Assembly (NCBI GenBank): GCA_027604505.1
Contig: JADIIX010000116.1
Location: 1 to 64,000, forward strand
Direction of reading: 5' to 3'
DNA length: 64,000 bases
From: Gonapodya sp. JEL0774
Lineage: Eukaryota
How positions within the stretch are numbered: position 1 is the first letter of the stretch; the number at the start of each line of letters is the position of its first letter. The notes under the pieces are model-generated. The model was not told the DNA's origin. It saw nothing but the letters and a program-made list of their open reading frames with translations, and made no database searches. Made by a program: the position numbers and the translations under genes. Positions 37,289-50,033 of the stretch are shown here, piece after piece.

Positions 37289-39541
37289 TCATCCCTTTCG
37301 GTAGCCAATTACCAGAACACTGATATAACTCATCACCAGCAGAACAACAGTCAAAGTCACAAATAGGACAGGGACCCACAGTGATGGAGCCACCATGACT
37401 TCTTCTGCCCATTTGATCACCACGTCCTGCGATATGGGTTCCGCAGTCTCATGAGAGTCGTCTGGCAGCCGAGTAACGATTCGCGGCCCTGCCGAAGAGC
37501 TGCTGTGCCGGTCCTGCGAATACTCCACCGCATGCGCCGCGTCATCTAAAAGACGACTCTCTTCACCGTCGGCGTCGCTGGCATTTGTGTCTTGCTTTCG
37601 AAGCTCCTCCACGTGTGCCCGCGCCTGCCTTTTCTCCCAAGCCACTGTCGGACCCAACTCAAGCAATCCTCCTTGTGACTTATCCACTGACCATATAACT
37701 GCACTGAAAGCAGCAGCGACAATCGACAAAATGCTGAACAGCGTCACGACGGGAGCGTATGAATCTCGTAGAGGGCCGCCCACTGTGTCCTGAAGTTCTC
37801 CAACGAGAGGGTCAAAGATGGATGCCCCAAGATTGAGGTAGCACTATCCGGTTCAATCAACTTTGCTGAGCCAAGCATTAAAACCGAAGGAAGTGACATG
37901 TCCACGAACCTTGTAAATCCCAAGCGCTGTCCCAGTCGACGACTCAACAACCAGGAGAGGAATGGAGCTTAGCATTGCCAACGGGGCGACGGTGTAACCC
38001 ATTCCGAACAACGTCATGCCCGCCGCATCCCACACCGGCGAGAGACCCCACCCTACAACCCTAATCCCCATTAGGATTAGCAGTGCACCCATAAACATTA
38101 AAGTGGCTCGACGCGAGAAGCGGTCTACTAGGATCCCCGAGATGGGAGAGAGGAGGAAAGGGATGAAAAAGAGGAGAGATGCCACCCAGCCGGCAGATTG
38201 ACCAGGGCCCACATCGGGGGTAAGAGGATTGTTCGGAACACCCGAGTGAGAAGAGACTGAATGACGAGGGAATCAGTGATGACTTCCGGACAGCTCCCTG
38301 TGCATTCGATTCCCTCAAGTCGGAGACCCACTCAGCTCAGTGGCCGTGTGGCCGAACGGAATTAGAATGCCGTGGAACAAAAATGTCGCCAATACTGTAA
38401 GCCAAAACAGGACCGGTAGACACAGTACATCCTAGGAACAGAGCAGTTCTTGTAACTACGGCCTTCAAGACGCAACATGTGGTTATCATCTCACCCGCGC
38501 TTGAAATTTTTTACCTTCAGGTGGTCGTTCAAGAATATCTCGTCCCACAGTGGCCAGGAAGAGAAGGTTGACAAGCCAACTCAGCCCACAAACCCCAAAG
38601 CTCACCTTTAAAGTACCAAAATGTTGCGTTAAAACATGCCTGCGGACAAAAAATTAAATCGAATCCAGTCTCACCCAAAATGCCACCCCGTAGAATCCCC
38701 ACGCTTCTGCCAACGGAATCGCCGTGCCGAGAGCTAACACTCCACTTAATCTCGCGGTGGCGATTTGCACGCCCAACGCCACTCCTACACCAAATACACC
38801 GTCCCTGTCTCTACCAAACACCCTAGCAATAATGGATTGCTGAACAATGGTAACTGAGCTAGCTCCCACAGCAACCACCACCCGCCCGATGACCATAAAG
38901 CAAAAGGGGGAAATGGGGGAGTCGGCGGGAAGGTAAGGAGCGAGGGCGAAGAACAGCTCGCCTAAGGTGATCAGGGTCGTTGAGGTGAGCGAGGCACTTG
39001 CCGTACTGATTCGGTCTATCCACTGCAGCAGGATATCATGGTCACTCAATCAACGGTAAGGCACGACGTATGGAGCAAAGAACTAACAATACCAATGAGG
39101 ATCGGAAGAGTTGTTCCCACTAAAGTATAAGTAGCGTTGAGAACGTGAAACTGGGCATTAGTGATCCCCAATTCCCTTTTCAAAGTTGTTTTCAACGACG
39201 AGAGCTTTGGGACGAGCGTTGCAGGAAGCATCAATCAGCGAAGAAAGAGCCGCATGGGTGGCATATAGAGACCAATCAAGATCGGGCATAGCTGCAAGCC
39301 GAAGGACTTCCCGACTCACAATGTTCGCCGCAAAGTGGCTTCCCAGCGCAAGAAACGCAACACACAAGAGAGCCAGCGCCCGGGTGCCGATGGAAGGAGC
39401 TGGCGGTCCTCTTTGAGGGCTCGTTGGTGATGGTGAAGGAGAACGGCTGTAAGTCCGCGCAGGCCGTCGGGGAAGCGATGAGGACGAAAAAGATAAGCGA
39501 TCCCGTGGTGAAGGTGGGAGTTCGTCTGTGGGAGGTTCCAT
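37289..39541 (-). CDS. Major facilitator superfamily transporter, MFSD1-like
   Basis: ALLCVAFLALGSHFA; LGITNAQFHVLNATYTLVGTTLPILIG..IDRI; FMVIGRVV; GVALGVQIATARLSGV; LSPISGILVDRFSRR; LSSIPLLV...GTALGIYK. Confidence 0.85.
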
Positions 39542-39718
39542 GGTTCTCGGGGCTACGGAAAGTTCGTGACTGTCACTGTAATACATACATTCAGGGAATC
39601 CCTCAACACAGCCGATCTGGCCAGTCAGTTCATCATCTGCGGAGGCAATGGCCTCATCATTATGATCCGAACCAAAATCATAACATTGTGAAAGGAAATC
39701 CAGAAAATTAATTAACAA

Positions 39719-41493
39719 CTACTCTTTTTCCTCTCTCTCCCTTCTCTCCACTTTTCGCCAGGGCAGATGCGCCCTCTCCTTCGCCGCATTTTTCTTTCGC
39801 CGCTTCTCAATAAACTTCTCAAGCTTCTTGGAGTCCTGTGCAGCCTCAGCGCTCGTGCTTGCTCTCGACCCGGCACGGACAGACGGGACGACCCGTCCAC
39901 CATTGGTGAGGGTTTTGAACTTCTCCACGGCCTCCATGCGCTTGAGATCGGCTGATTATTGGTTGAGGAAGGAGTACAGAGGGAGCAACAATGTTTCGCA
40001 TCTAAAGCAAGGCAATAGTTGTACTCTGCAACACTTACATTTCTTGAGGAAGTAGGGGGTCCCCCCTTTCCGCACATTATCCTCCTGCTTTTTGCGCCAC
40101 TCGCGCTTGATCTCCTCTCGCCGGCGCTGGTCCGCGAGAGAACGAGCACGGCTTTCCTAAATTACAAAAGGGGCCCAGCAGTGATGGGGAGTTCCGAAAC
40201 ACATTACTATCAAAAAAATATGTGACTTACCATACTCGAGAGAGCTTGCCTGTAGCGCTCCTTCTCTTCCGGGTCCTTTGCCTTTTTAGCAATCGCCTTA
40301 AGCTCTTCCATTTCCCTTTTCCTCGCTTCTTCCACGAACGCGTAGCTCTTGCGGACTAGGTCCACATTTAGCTTGCCAGAATGAGGATTAAACCGGGGGT
40401 CGAGAGGTTTCTAAGTCCAAGTGAAAGTGCTAAGTGGGCTGGGCGTCAGCTAGCAGAATGGGGTCGGAAGAAAACCTTACGGGGGCGACGACAGCGATTG
40501 CGGGACGATAACGTGAAACTGGTCGTTTAGATGACATTTCGACAGGTCTGGGGTTAGGCGAACGCGAGGGGCATGTAAGAAGCCGTGAGTGGCATGCGAG
40601 AATCGCGGAAGAGGGATTACTCTTGGCGAAACCCGCTGCTTTCCTAACCCAACGAGATAAATGCGCGGCCTCCACTCACCTGCTTTTGGAACGCTTTTCA
40701 GTGATTTCTGATTTCCCTGTCGCTTTGCTCTTGGTCTTATCTAGTCTCTTTCCCACTCCTTCCGTGTGCTCCTTCCTCCGATTCTCGTGATATCCCTTCG
40801 AGCTCATCGTAATGTTCCCAGGTGTCCTAATGTTGCTTTCCGCACTCGATTTTAAGCGTGCGACAGCTAACTTGCCCTGCAGCTTGACGAGCGTACCAAA
40901 TGGCACAGTGGAGAGTTCTAAAGTGGCAAAAGTTCGATAGTAGGCAAGAATGGCAACCTGTGACTCTGTTCACCTCGCTTTAGTATTTCCTCATCTTCGC
41001 CATTGTCTTCCTCTTCCTCCTCCTCCCCACTTCCAGCGCCACGGTGTGCGGCGGCCTGATCCTCGTCACTGTCAGGATAAAATTCTCGTACATCTTCGTC
41101 TGAGCGATCCTCGTTATCAAAGGCATCAATATCACTGTCATCGCTCAAGTTGTCATCCTCGCCAGATCCAGCACTACTATTGTCCTCATCTTCGTCTTGC
41201 CCTTCTTCAGATTGGCTTATTTCCTCGCCATCTTTGTCGCCAATATCATCAAACGCTCGCTTCTTGTTCAACCCTTTATGTCCCGCCCGTTCAGTTGCCT
41301 TTGTATTTGCGTCCAAGCGAATCTTTTGACGACTGAGTCTGGCATTCCCTGTATGAGATTGGGCCTTTGCGAGAACTCCTCCGGGTTTGGCCACAACCGA
41401 AGGACCGACATTCTCTGGTCGGAGCTGATATGGGCGTGACGCATCAGTTTTCTGCCGTTTCCAGCTTTGCAGGGTATGTGAGATTGGAGCCAT
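39719..41493 (-). CDS. RRP36: rRNA biogenesis protein RRP36
   Basis: PVEMSSKRPVSRYR, LDPRF, KGGPPYFLKK and LEKFIEKRRKKNAAKE C-terminal motifs; acidic N-terminal region. Confidence 0.85.
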
Positions 41494-41601
41494 AGATATT
41501 TTCTCATGAGAAGCCGCCTAAACCCCATTCAACCGCCCCAAGGCAGCTCATGCGTTGATTCACACCGCGGAAGACAACGCGACCCCCACCATAGCCTTCC
41601 A

Positions 41602-43863
41602 ATGGACGTGCTACCAGGCGCATTTCCGAGTGACATTTTCCCGGAAAAGGATGTGGAAGTTTTCTTTACTTCTCAGCAAGACGCTCAAAGTCCTCCCAGC
41701 GCGGAAGCTGCGGGAGCCGACCTCAATTCGGGGGAATGTCATGGAGCACCGCCCATGGGAATCGACCTGCTGTCGCGCCTTCCATACGAAATCGCTACTC
41801 AGATTCCGCTCTGTCTAGTTCCCACCGATCTAGAGTATTTCCGGGCTTTGTCCAATCGGAGTCCGGAGCAGTCGACGCAGTCGAATGTCACCAGCTCTTC
41901 TGGGGGAATATTTCAATCGTGGTTTACTCCTCAGAGCGCTGCGGTATCTCAAGCAACCGTCAGGGCTGAGCAGGCGTGCTCCACTCTCAGGAAAATGGCA
42001 ATGGTTTCGAGGAGCTGGAATGCTCTTGCGAATGAGCCCAGGGTCTGGAAGCATCTTTAGTAAGTAGACACACCACGAAACGTTTACTCGTGAAGTGCTT
42101 TGAATTCAAGTTCACTCCACCCTTCCCTCAAAGCCGGCTACTCCTGTCTGATAAACACCGATCGGCGACCCCGCCGTCAGCCCACCCCCACCATCTCTGC
42201 AATTTCACCCTATCGCCACCACATGCGCCCTTTACCTTATCGTCTCCTGCCCTCGTATCTAATCTTGTCCCGCTATCCCTGACCCCTGCTGACATTTGTG
42301 CTATTCTCCGCGAGCGCGTTTATCGAGGGCTTTGGAAACCATCAGATTTGGACGCGCCATACGGGGGTATTGCACCAGAGAAAGGCGGTGAGAGGTGGCT
42401 GTGGAAGAAAAAGGTTGTGGATGGTGTCCGAAAGATGGTGCTTCAGAGGGGAGTTCGGGTCGGAAGACTCGGCGAAGGTGCTGCAATTGTTTTGCTACGG
42501 GTTGCATGTATTGGCATGACTCTTACGCAGTTAAGCAATCCTACTTTTTTCACTCAGCGGATCTTCCCCTCCTCCACCACCTCCTGGAGGTCACTTTCCC
42601 CCGCCACTTTGCCCCGCTACTACCTGTCGACCTTATCTTCCGAAACAAGTGGAAATGGAGCTATGCAGTCGCAAAAGCGGATTCTAGTAGAACGTGAGCG
42701 TTCCGCTGGGTATGGCACGTTGGACGGCTGAGAACCTTCTGTCTCCGCGACGTCTCAGCTTCGTCACCATGGATGAGCTCACTCGCATGACCTGGGCGGT
42801 TCGCTTTGCCAATCCTTCCTGGCTATGGGGCTGGGATGATACAGCCGGCACGTCCGACAGGAGGATACGGGCAAGGCACTTGAGGGATGGCCACCTTTTA
42901 TGGGAAGATGAGGTGGTTCTGAACTGGCGTTTTCTCGGTGATTCCGAGGGTCCGCAGCCTACTTTACCGTCAGCTTCGATTGAAGTCGCTGTTTCTCAAG
43001 CACCTGCACAAGCAATCACAGTGTCCACCGCCAACGGGCTGCCCCCACCTTTACCGCCTCACATCATCCCTCTCCACCTCACCATTTCTGCAAATGTTGT
43101 TCCTCTATCTGCAGGTAGTCACCGTCGAGTGGCGATGGGAGGTCGTGGGCCTGCTGCTGGTGGTGGATCTGCGGACCCTGTGATGTGGGAAAGGATAAAA
43201 TGGCATGTCACTGGGAGGGAGAGATTCGTGCAAGTGGAAGGGTATCCAGCAAAGCTCGTACATCGCACAGCTCATTGGGCGTGGATTTTAGCCAACAGGA
43301 ATGTCGGTGGGTGACCTCTTCTGTCATTAGATTTATCATAGAGACAAGTGATGATCCCTGCTTTAGCATATGAGCCACAATCGGTGACGGATCCGCAACC
43401 ACTACCCAAGAAACGTTCACGTCGTTCCGAGGCTGAAGGTACACGAAAGGACAAGGCCAAATGTGACAGCCATGAAGACCACAATTACGATCGGGAGCGT
43501 CCCCAGGGTCGCAAGAGATACAATTATTCGTACGACAATGATGCAGAGGAAACTGAGTATGAATCAACAGATTCGGAGTCTGTGAGCACTGAGAGCCCTC
43601 TGGACGAAACGGAAGCTGGCGATTTTGACTGGGAAAGGGAGGTGGAATTCAAAGCACACAGGCGTGCAGTGACCGCCAGAATTGTTGAAGCGGCGGTTCA
43701 GGCAGCTGCGGCGGCAGCAGCTGCGATTCCGGCAGTTCAGACAACAGAAGGGGACGAAGATGATGCCGCATTGGATGAAGACGACGAAGATGGCGAGGAG
43801 GAAGAGGATGACGAAGAGAATGAGGAAGAAGACGACGGGGACGACGGTTCCATCAGTCATTAA
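41602..43863 (+). CDS. F-box protein with a Trp-rich C-terminal domain and an acidic tail
   Basis: DLLSRLPYEIATQIPLCL...MAMVSRSWNALANEPRVWKHL is a split F-box. Later segments read WAVRF..WRFL..VQVEGYP..VHRTAHWAW. Confidence 0.7.
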
Positions 43864-44010
43864 TTTTATTGTAAAAAGGCTACGAATGTTTCATCTTCTT
43901 CTCATGGACCAGTTCAGTGACAAGATTTATCACGTTCATCGGGTTGATCCTGCCCTCTCTTTCTCAGCAACCAAACGCCCACACCGCGATCGACCCATCT
44001 GTTGGTCCCA

Positions 44011-47000
44011 ATGTTTGCGTACTTGGCAAAGAAGGCTGGTGTCTGAACTCATTTCTGAACGAACTGCCCGTGGCGCAAGTTTCGGGGCTAATGCTACCAT
44101 CCCTCATCCCCCTTGAATCCATCGTGATCCACAATCAACGATTTCCGGTCTGCAACAATCGTTTTTGGCTGCAACACATACTCTCGTATTCAGGTTGGGA
44201 TCCCCAACAACTCGCGTGTGCTTTCGCTGGGATGGGAAAACGAAGGAGGTTACATTGCGTGTGGTGGTGACGCCGGACTTCTCAAGGTCATCAAGCTGGA
44301 ATCAGGAAGCGGCACGGCCACCTCAGGAGGCTCTACTATATTTTCTGCCTCAGAGCCGGGGGTCTTGAATGAAAAACCAACGGGATCTGCCGAAAGGATC
44401 GCATCTGATGCAACGGCACAGGCGTCTGGAGGACCTTTCTCCTCTTCCACTTCGTTGACAATGAACCAAACTCTCACTGGGCATAGCCAGCATGTCACTC
44501 TTATCCGTTGGAATGCGATCTACACAAAACTCACTACTGCTGACGCGTCTGGTCTGATAATCGTTTGGATCCTCTACAAAGGCGCGTGGTATGAAGAAAT
44601 GGTGAACAATCGAGGGAAGTCCACAGTCGCAGATATGCGGTGGGACCCTGAAGGTCGAAGAATTTGCATTGCTTATCGAGACGGAACCGTCATTTCCGGG
44701 TCAGTTGATGGCGCTCGATTGTGGAGCAAGAATCTGGGTGGCTCTCCGACCAGCTTGGTGTGGTCTCCGGACGGAACTCAGCTCCTTTTTGCAATGGACT
44801 CAGGCGAAGTACAATTGTGGGACTACAATGGTGGACGTGTTGGTGTCCTGGAATCCCTGTCAAACCTCTTTGCAGGACCCGCAAAATCCTCCAACCAAGG
44901 GGCCATCACCATCTCCTCAATGGAGTGGTTCCCATACCAGTCATCATCTCCCTCTCCTTTCAGTTTAGTGACATTCCCCTCACTTGCCATCTCTCTCTCT
45001 TCTGGCACAATTCTTCTCCTCACATCACAGCGTGACCTCAATCCACTCACCATTTCAACCCCACTCTCATCCCCACTACTTGCATGGAGCTCGTCTGGTA
45101 CCGTTTTGGCAGCAGCGGGTGTGCCTCTCATCGCGACACCTCAAAATGCAATGCAAGATTCCAAAGCTGTCCCGCAGCTGCTCCTCCTTTCCCGGAATGG
45201 GACTCTCCTCCGCCACCTTCGGATTCCTGGTCGCTGTATAACCAGTTTAACGTGGGACACTTCCACGTGTGATCAACGACTAGCTGTCGGTGTGGACTCT
45301 TCCCTCTTTTTCGTGAACGTCCGATATGACAAATGGGATCAATGGGGTTGGTGCGAAGAGATGGATACCCGGCACGGTGGAGTGACACGATCAGGTGTTG
45401 GTGGAGGAACAGTGGTGTATTCCTGGAACCGAAGTAGAGAGCGACATGGAAGTCGAAAGACTGCAGATGACAATGATGCTGGGTGGGGCATCGGGTGGTG
45501 GAATGTGGAGACAGGAAGCAAAGTAGTCAAGTGAGAATTCCAAGAGTTCTGCTTGATACGGGCGGGGGCCACGTTTAAACAATCGCTCTTGTAGGTCTAT
45601 CCGCCACTTCCATTTCCTGTGCACCTCCCCCTCCTCGACACTCATCATTCACTCGTCGGCTGGGTCATTGGCTCCGCTGGCATCACTTTCCCAACCTCTA
45701 ACAGCGTCCGCGACCGCCCTGGCTAACTCGATCCCAAAAACAACTGCCACAATTACCAACCCAAACGGCACAACTGTGACCTCCCTTCAACTCGCCCCAA
45801 CCTCGTTTGTCCCCACTGCTGCCACTTTGACTTCCACACATGCTCATATCGCGTCAGGACCTTGGATTGTCTCCTGGGAGTATCGAAAACCCAAGCAAGC
45901 GTCTGGAAGTGACCTTCCAGCACCCGGAAAGAGAGCTTCAGTTATTGCCCGGATCGCGGCTTTAGATGCTGCAAGGAGGGGATCCTTTGCAGGCCAAGGC
46001 CAAAGCAATGTAATGAGTGAGGGTGTACGATGGTGGACAATCGGCGATGCATCAGAGAAGGGTTGGAATGCGGGAGCGGGCCTTGGTGGATGGACTGAAG
46101 ATGTGTGAGTACCTAGGCATAACTGACTATGTAAGCCACGAGCCCCTCTGATTCCCTTCGGCTTGCATGATCTTCTTTTCAGAACTACGGATGATCCGAT
46201 TGTCGCTCTCACTGCCTGCGAGACCACACTGATTGTAGCACGTTCTTCTGGGACACTGGTTCAGTTCTCTCTTCCAACAATAACCTTGCAACACATGTAC
46301 TCTGTTGGTTCTTCCCCCTTGCACATTTCTGTTAATTCTACAGCTACTCTCTGCGCGGTGCTCGATACCTCTAATGTCTGCCGAGTGGTTCAGCTCTCTC
46401 CAAACTCCAGCACAGCGACGTCGTCGAGTGAATTGGTCCCACTGCCGGCCGCCATGCTGCCACTAGCCCAAAAAGATGTGACATCCTTTCTCTGGTCTTC
46501 AGACCCCGACTCTCCCGAACACCTTGCCATGGTCGATAAGTCAAAGTTACTTGTCTTTAATGGGTCTCAAATGAAGCCCGAGGAGCCAGTAGCATTCAGC
46601 GGATGGCTCTTGGGGTTCAAAGGACTGGAAATTCTTGGAGTTGTGGGAATGGAGCAAGTAGCGAGGGATCCAGACGACGGTTGGGACAAAACCGTTATTG
46701 CGTCTAGAGAAACAGAGGCAATTAGGAAAGTCCGAGGTGAGAATCCTTAACAACTTTTCACTACGACATATGGTGGGATGCTTGTTTTAAAAAAAATTAT
46801 TTTGTTTCTCCAGAACTTATCTCAGATCAGGGCGTATTGGAGGCCCACGCATTTGTCGAGGCAAACCCACATCCTCGTCTTTGGAGGCTTGTAGCTGACG
46901 CTGCCCTGGACGGACTAGACTTTAACACCGCAATGAAAGCGTTCGTAAAGTGCACTGATTGGGGTGGAATAACGCTCGTGAAACGTGTTTCTAAATTGGA

Positions 47001-49036
47001 TGTGAGTACGCAGGGGTCCAGTGACCGTATTGCAAATTTCACACCTCGGATTGTGCAGGACAAACGAAAACAGCGCGCCGAAATTGCGACATACTATGGC
47101 AACTTTCACATAGCTGAATCGATCTATCTTGCCATGGAACGCCCCGATCTCGCATTTGACATGCATGTCGAAGTGGGAAACTACGAACAGGCTCTGCGTC
47201 TTGTGGAACCAAGTAAGACTACGACGTCAGGGATACCCGTACGTGAGCCTTCGCTACCGAAGCGGACCATGAGCGCATCGGTGACTGTTTCAGACAAGCA
47301 AAAATTGGATCTCTACGATCTCATGGGGGATCAATGTCGTGAGGCGAGCAATTGGAGAGAAGCGGTTGGGTGGTACAAACGTTCCAACAATGTAGCTATG
47401 CAAGTGGAAGGTCTCTATATGTCGCAGGACTGGGAAGGTTTGTCGAAAATGGTGGATGTTGTCGAGGATGGGGATGTGCTCAAGGTTTGCAAGAGAACAT
47501 CCATAGCAATGTGACGCGGTCGTTGGTGCTCACTACTTGACTTGCTCCTTAGGATTTGGCAGTTAAACTAACGACTGTGGGTATGTGGGAATCGGCAGTC
47601 GCGGCTTACCTGAAAGCTGGCGATCAGAAAGCCGCCGTTGACGCGTGCATATATCTGAATCAGGTAACTTTTGCGACTGCTTCGTCGGCTGTATAACACC
47701 ACTGTTGCTGACATTGTGGACGTATTGAAAGTGGGCCGAGGCGCTTCGACTGGCCCAAGGCGCACAAGCTGTCGAAGTACGAGGGAACCTGGAAAAGTTC
47801 GCGTGCTACCTTCTGGATCGTGGGAGGAGAATGGAATGCGTGGAACTCTATCGATGTGCGGGTATGCCAGGTCGATCAGCCACGATGCTCTACGACGTGA
47901 GTCGATCGTAAATTTCATACAACTTCATGGAGAAGGTTATCGCCGACGACAAGGACGATGGAAGCATCTGTTTATTCTGACCGCTGCTTTTTAGATGGCA
48001 AATGAAGTTGCACAAGATCCGAACGTGGAACCCCTGTCCGCGAAGAAAATGTTTGTCTTGGCGGCTCTGGAGGCCGGCCGGTACAAGGATGGGAAACGGG
48101 GCGTTGATCATGCCACAATGGCAAGTGGAAATAGCCCTGAAAGGCTTCCGACAGCTTTTGATCCACGCCAAATCTCCCTGTTAGGACGGTGGTCATGCGA
48201 CGCTCGATGCGCTGTTGACGGCGTCGGACCCGGTGGCAACTGGCCAGACAGTAAGACTACCGGAGAATCTGTGGAAGGCGGCTGAAGCGTGGCATTACTA
48301 CATGTTGGCACAAAGTCAGTTTTACGCCGGGGATGTTGAACCTGGATACGTCACGGTGAGTCGGTCACTCCTCCTGAGCTGGTCAAAAGCGTAGTCACAA
48401 GAAAGTTAAATCTTTCCACTGACAGGCCCTCCATCTGAAATCATTCGACGATGTTCTGGACCCTCGGCGAATATTCGCCCTGTTGGCTATTCTGTCATTT
48501 CAGACTGGACGCGTGGCAACTGGTGGGAAAGCTTTGGGTAAGCTCGAGAGCATGGAGAGGGCAAAAGGGGAGGCTGCAGGAGGCGAAGTGGGGAAATGGA
48601 AGGCGATGGCGAAAGAGATTTTCCAAAAGTTGGTTTCACTTGTATTGCTCCCACCTGGTTCCTCCCTCCACGACTCATACACTTATCCGTTCCCACACCT
48701 GCGCCAGATATCCCCCAAACGATGCACCTGTTCCCACATCCCTGTGCTGCAACTGCGCCTCTGAAATTCCCAGCACCAGCACCGCATGCCCGCATTGCTT
48801 TTCCACATTCTCTCTGTGCGTGGCCACGGGCCAACCCATTATCGAAGACGCGGACGTGGCTGGGCAGTTTCTGTGTGCTGGGTGTAGGCATAGGGTTGCG
48901 GGCCGCGAGTGGGCGAGGGCGGGGTACCGGTGGTGTCCTTTGGTGAGTGATAGTGAGATTGTGAGGTCTTTAGGGGAGATTTGGGTTTTGATGCTCGTTT
49001 GTGTTCCTCACTTTTTAGTGTCATACGCCAGTGTGA
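44011..49036 (+). CDS. WDR35: Intraflagellar transport complex A subunit WDR35/IFT121
   Basis: MFAYLAKK..IPNN start; GYIACGG..GLLKVIKL; MNQTL.GH; KLTTADASGLIIVW..YKG.WYEEMVNNRGKS.V; GSVDG.R.W; FVEANPHPRLW; WKAAEAWHYYMLAQ; C-terminal zinc ribbon ending CPLCH. Confidence 0.95.
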
Positions 49037-49225
49037 ACTCAGTCGAGCGAAAATCTCATTTTCATCACGGCGTAAATAGTATCATTAAGATTAAATGTAA
49101 TGGAAAGAATCTGACGTCAATCTGGACACCAATCTGCCCCATTTTCCGCTGTCCAATGCTTTAGTATATTACACTCTGTAAAAGTTAACAATGTCCTGCA
49201 TGCTTCACAAGAGTCCATCAAGTGC

Positions 49226-49585
49226 TCAACGGAAGCCCTCAAATGTGATCCAGGCCCCCACCGCGCCCAATGCGAGAGGCCCATAAACCAGTGTGGTCTC
49301 GGATGGGGTGGCCTGGACCCCACGAAGCACCCATTCGGGCCACACCATTCGGACAAGTCCCATTGTAACACCCGCCCATCCGAGCAAAGTCATAGACGCG
49401 GGCCACCCACGCCATACATTGTGGTTCTGTACAATGGCGAGTCCCGCGACGAAGAGGACGCATCCATTGAAGTGAACGCCAGCTGCAGTGTTCCCGCGCC
49501 ATATGTGGTGATTTTTGGCTTCCGAGACTGTAATAGCCAGGAATGCAGGGCCCAAGATGCGCGCGAGGGATTTGGAGTCGAACAT
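49226..49585 (-). CDS. Small intronless integral membrane protein (about 4 TM) of a family that looks bacterial
   Basis: LARILGP...NG..LFVAGLAIVQNHNVWRGWPASMTLLGW..V.MGLVRMVWP. I recall the HN.W..W....TLLGW motif from uncharacterised prokaryotic membrane proteins; not verified by search. Confidence 0.65.
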   Translation of the reverse strand: MFDSKSLARILGPAFLAITVSEAKNHHIWRGNTAAGVHFNGCVLFVAGLAIVQNHNVWRGWPASMTLLGWAGVTMGLVRMVWPEWVLRGVQATPSETTLVYGPLALGAVGAWITFEGFR

Positions 49586-50033
49586 GCAGTGATTCGAGGG
49601 CCACAGGTGTAGGTATCCTTCTGAAGATGTGAAGGACGCAAGTACGGATGTTTGCGAGTCCGGGACAGGACCTAAAGTAGTCCAGGGGCAGGTGGGGATA
49701 CGCGGCTGGAAACCAAGTGAGTCATCACCAGAATTAAGCCGGTCGTAAATTCAGCCGAAGCGTTGAGAATTCAGTACTACTTCTGTAAATGTAACACAAG
49801 ATGGTAATGTAACACAAGATGAGAAGTAAGTTCATGTTAGGAATCTATGTTGGTATTTGATGTAACACCAATTCTCCCCATTCACGATCAATATTTGACT
49901 GGCTCCCTCACTCTGTTAAATAATCTATACTCTATTGAACCACCTCTTTCGCGGTTCTTTCTGTTGTTCCGTTGTTGAATTTCATTGTGAAGATACATAG
50001 TGTGGAAGACTCACAGCTTCCTCAATCTAATAA

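Noticed and set aside
43864..44010. Possible RFX X-box upstream of WDR35
   Set aside because: Only a half-site-like CAGCAAC is present, with no convincing palindromic X-box.
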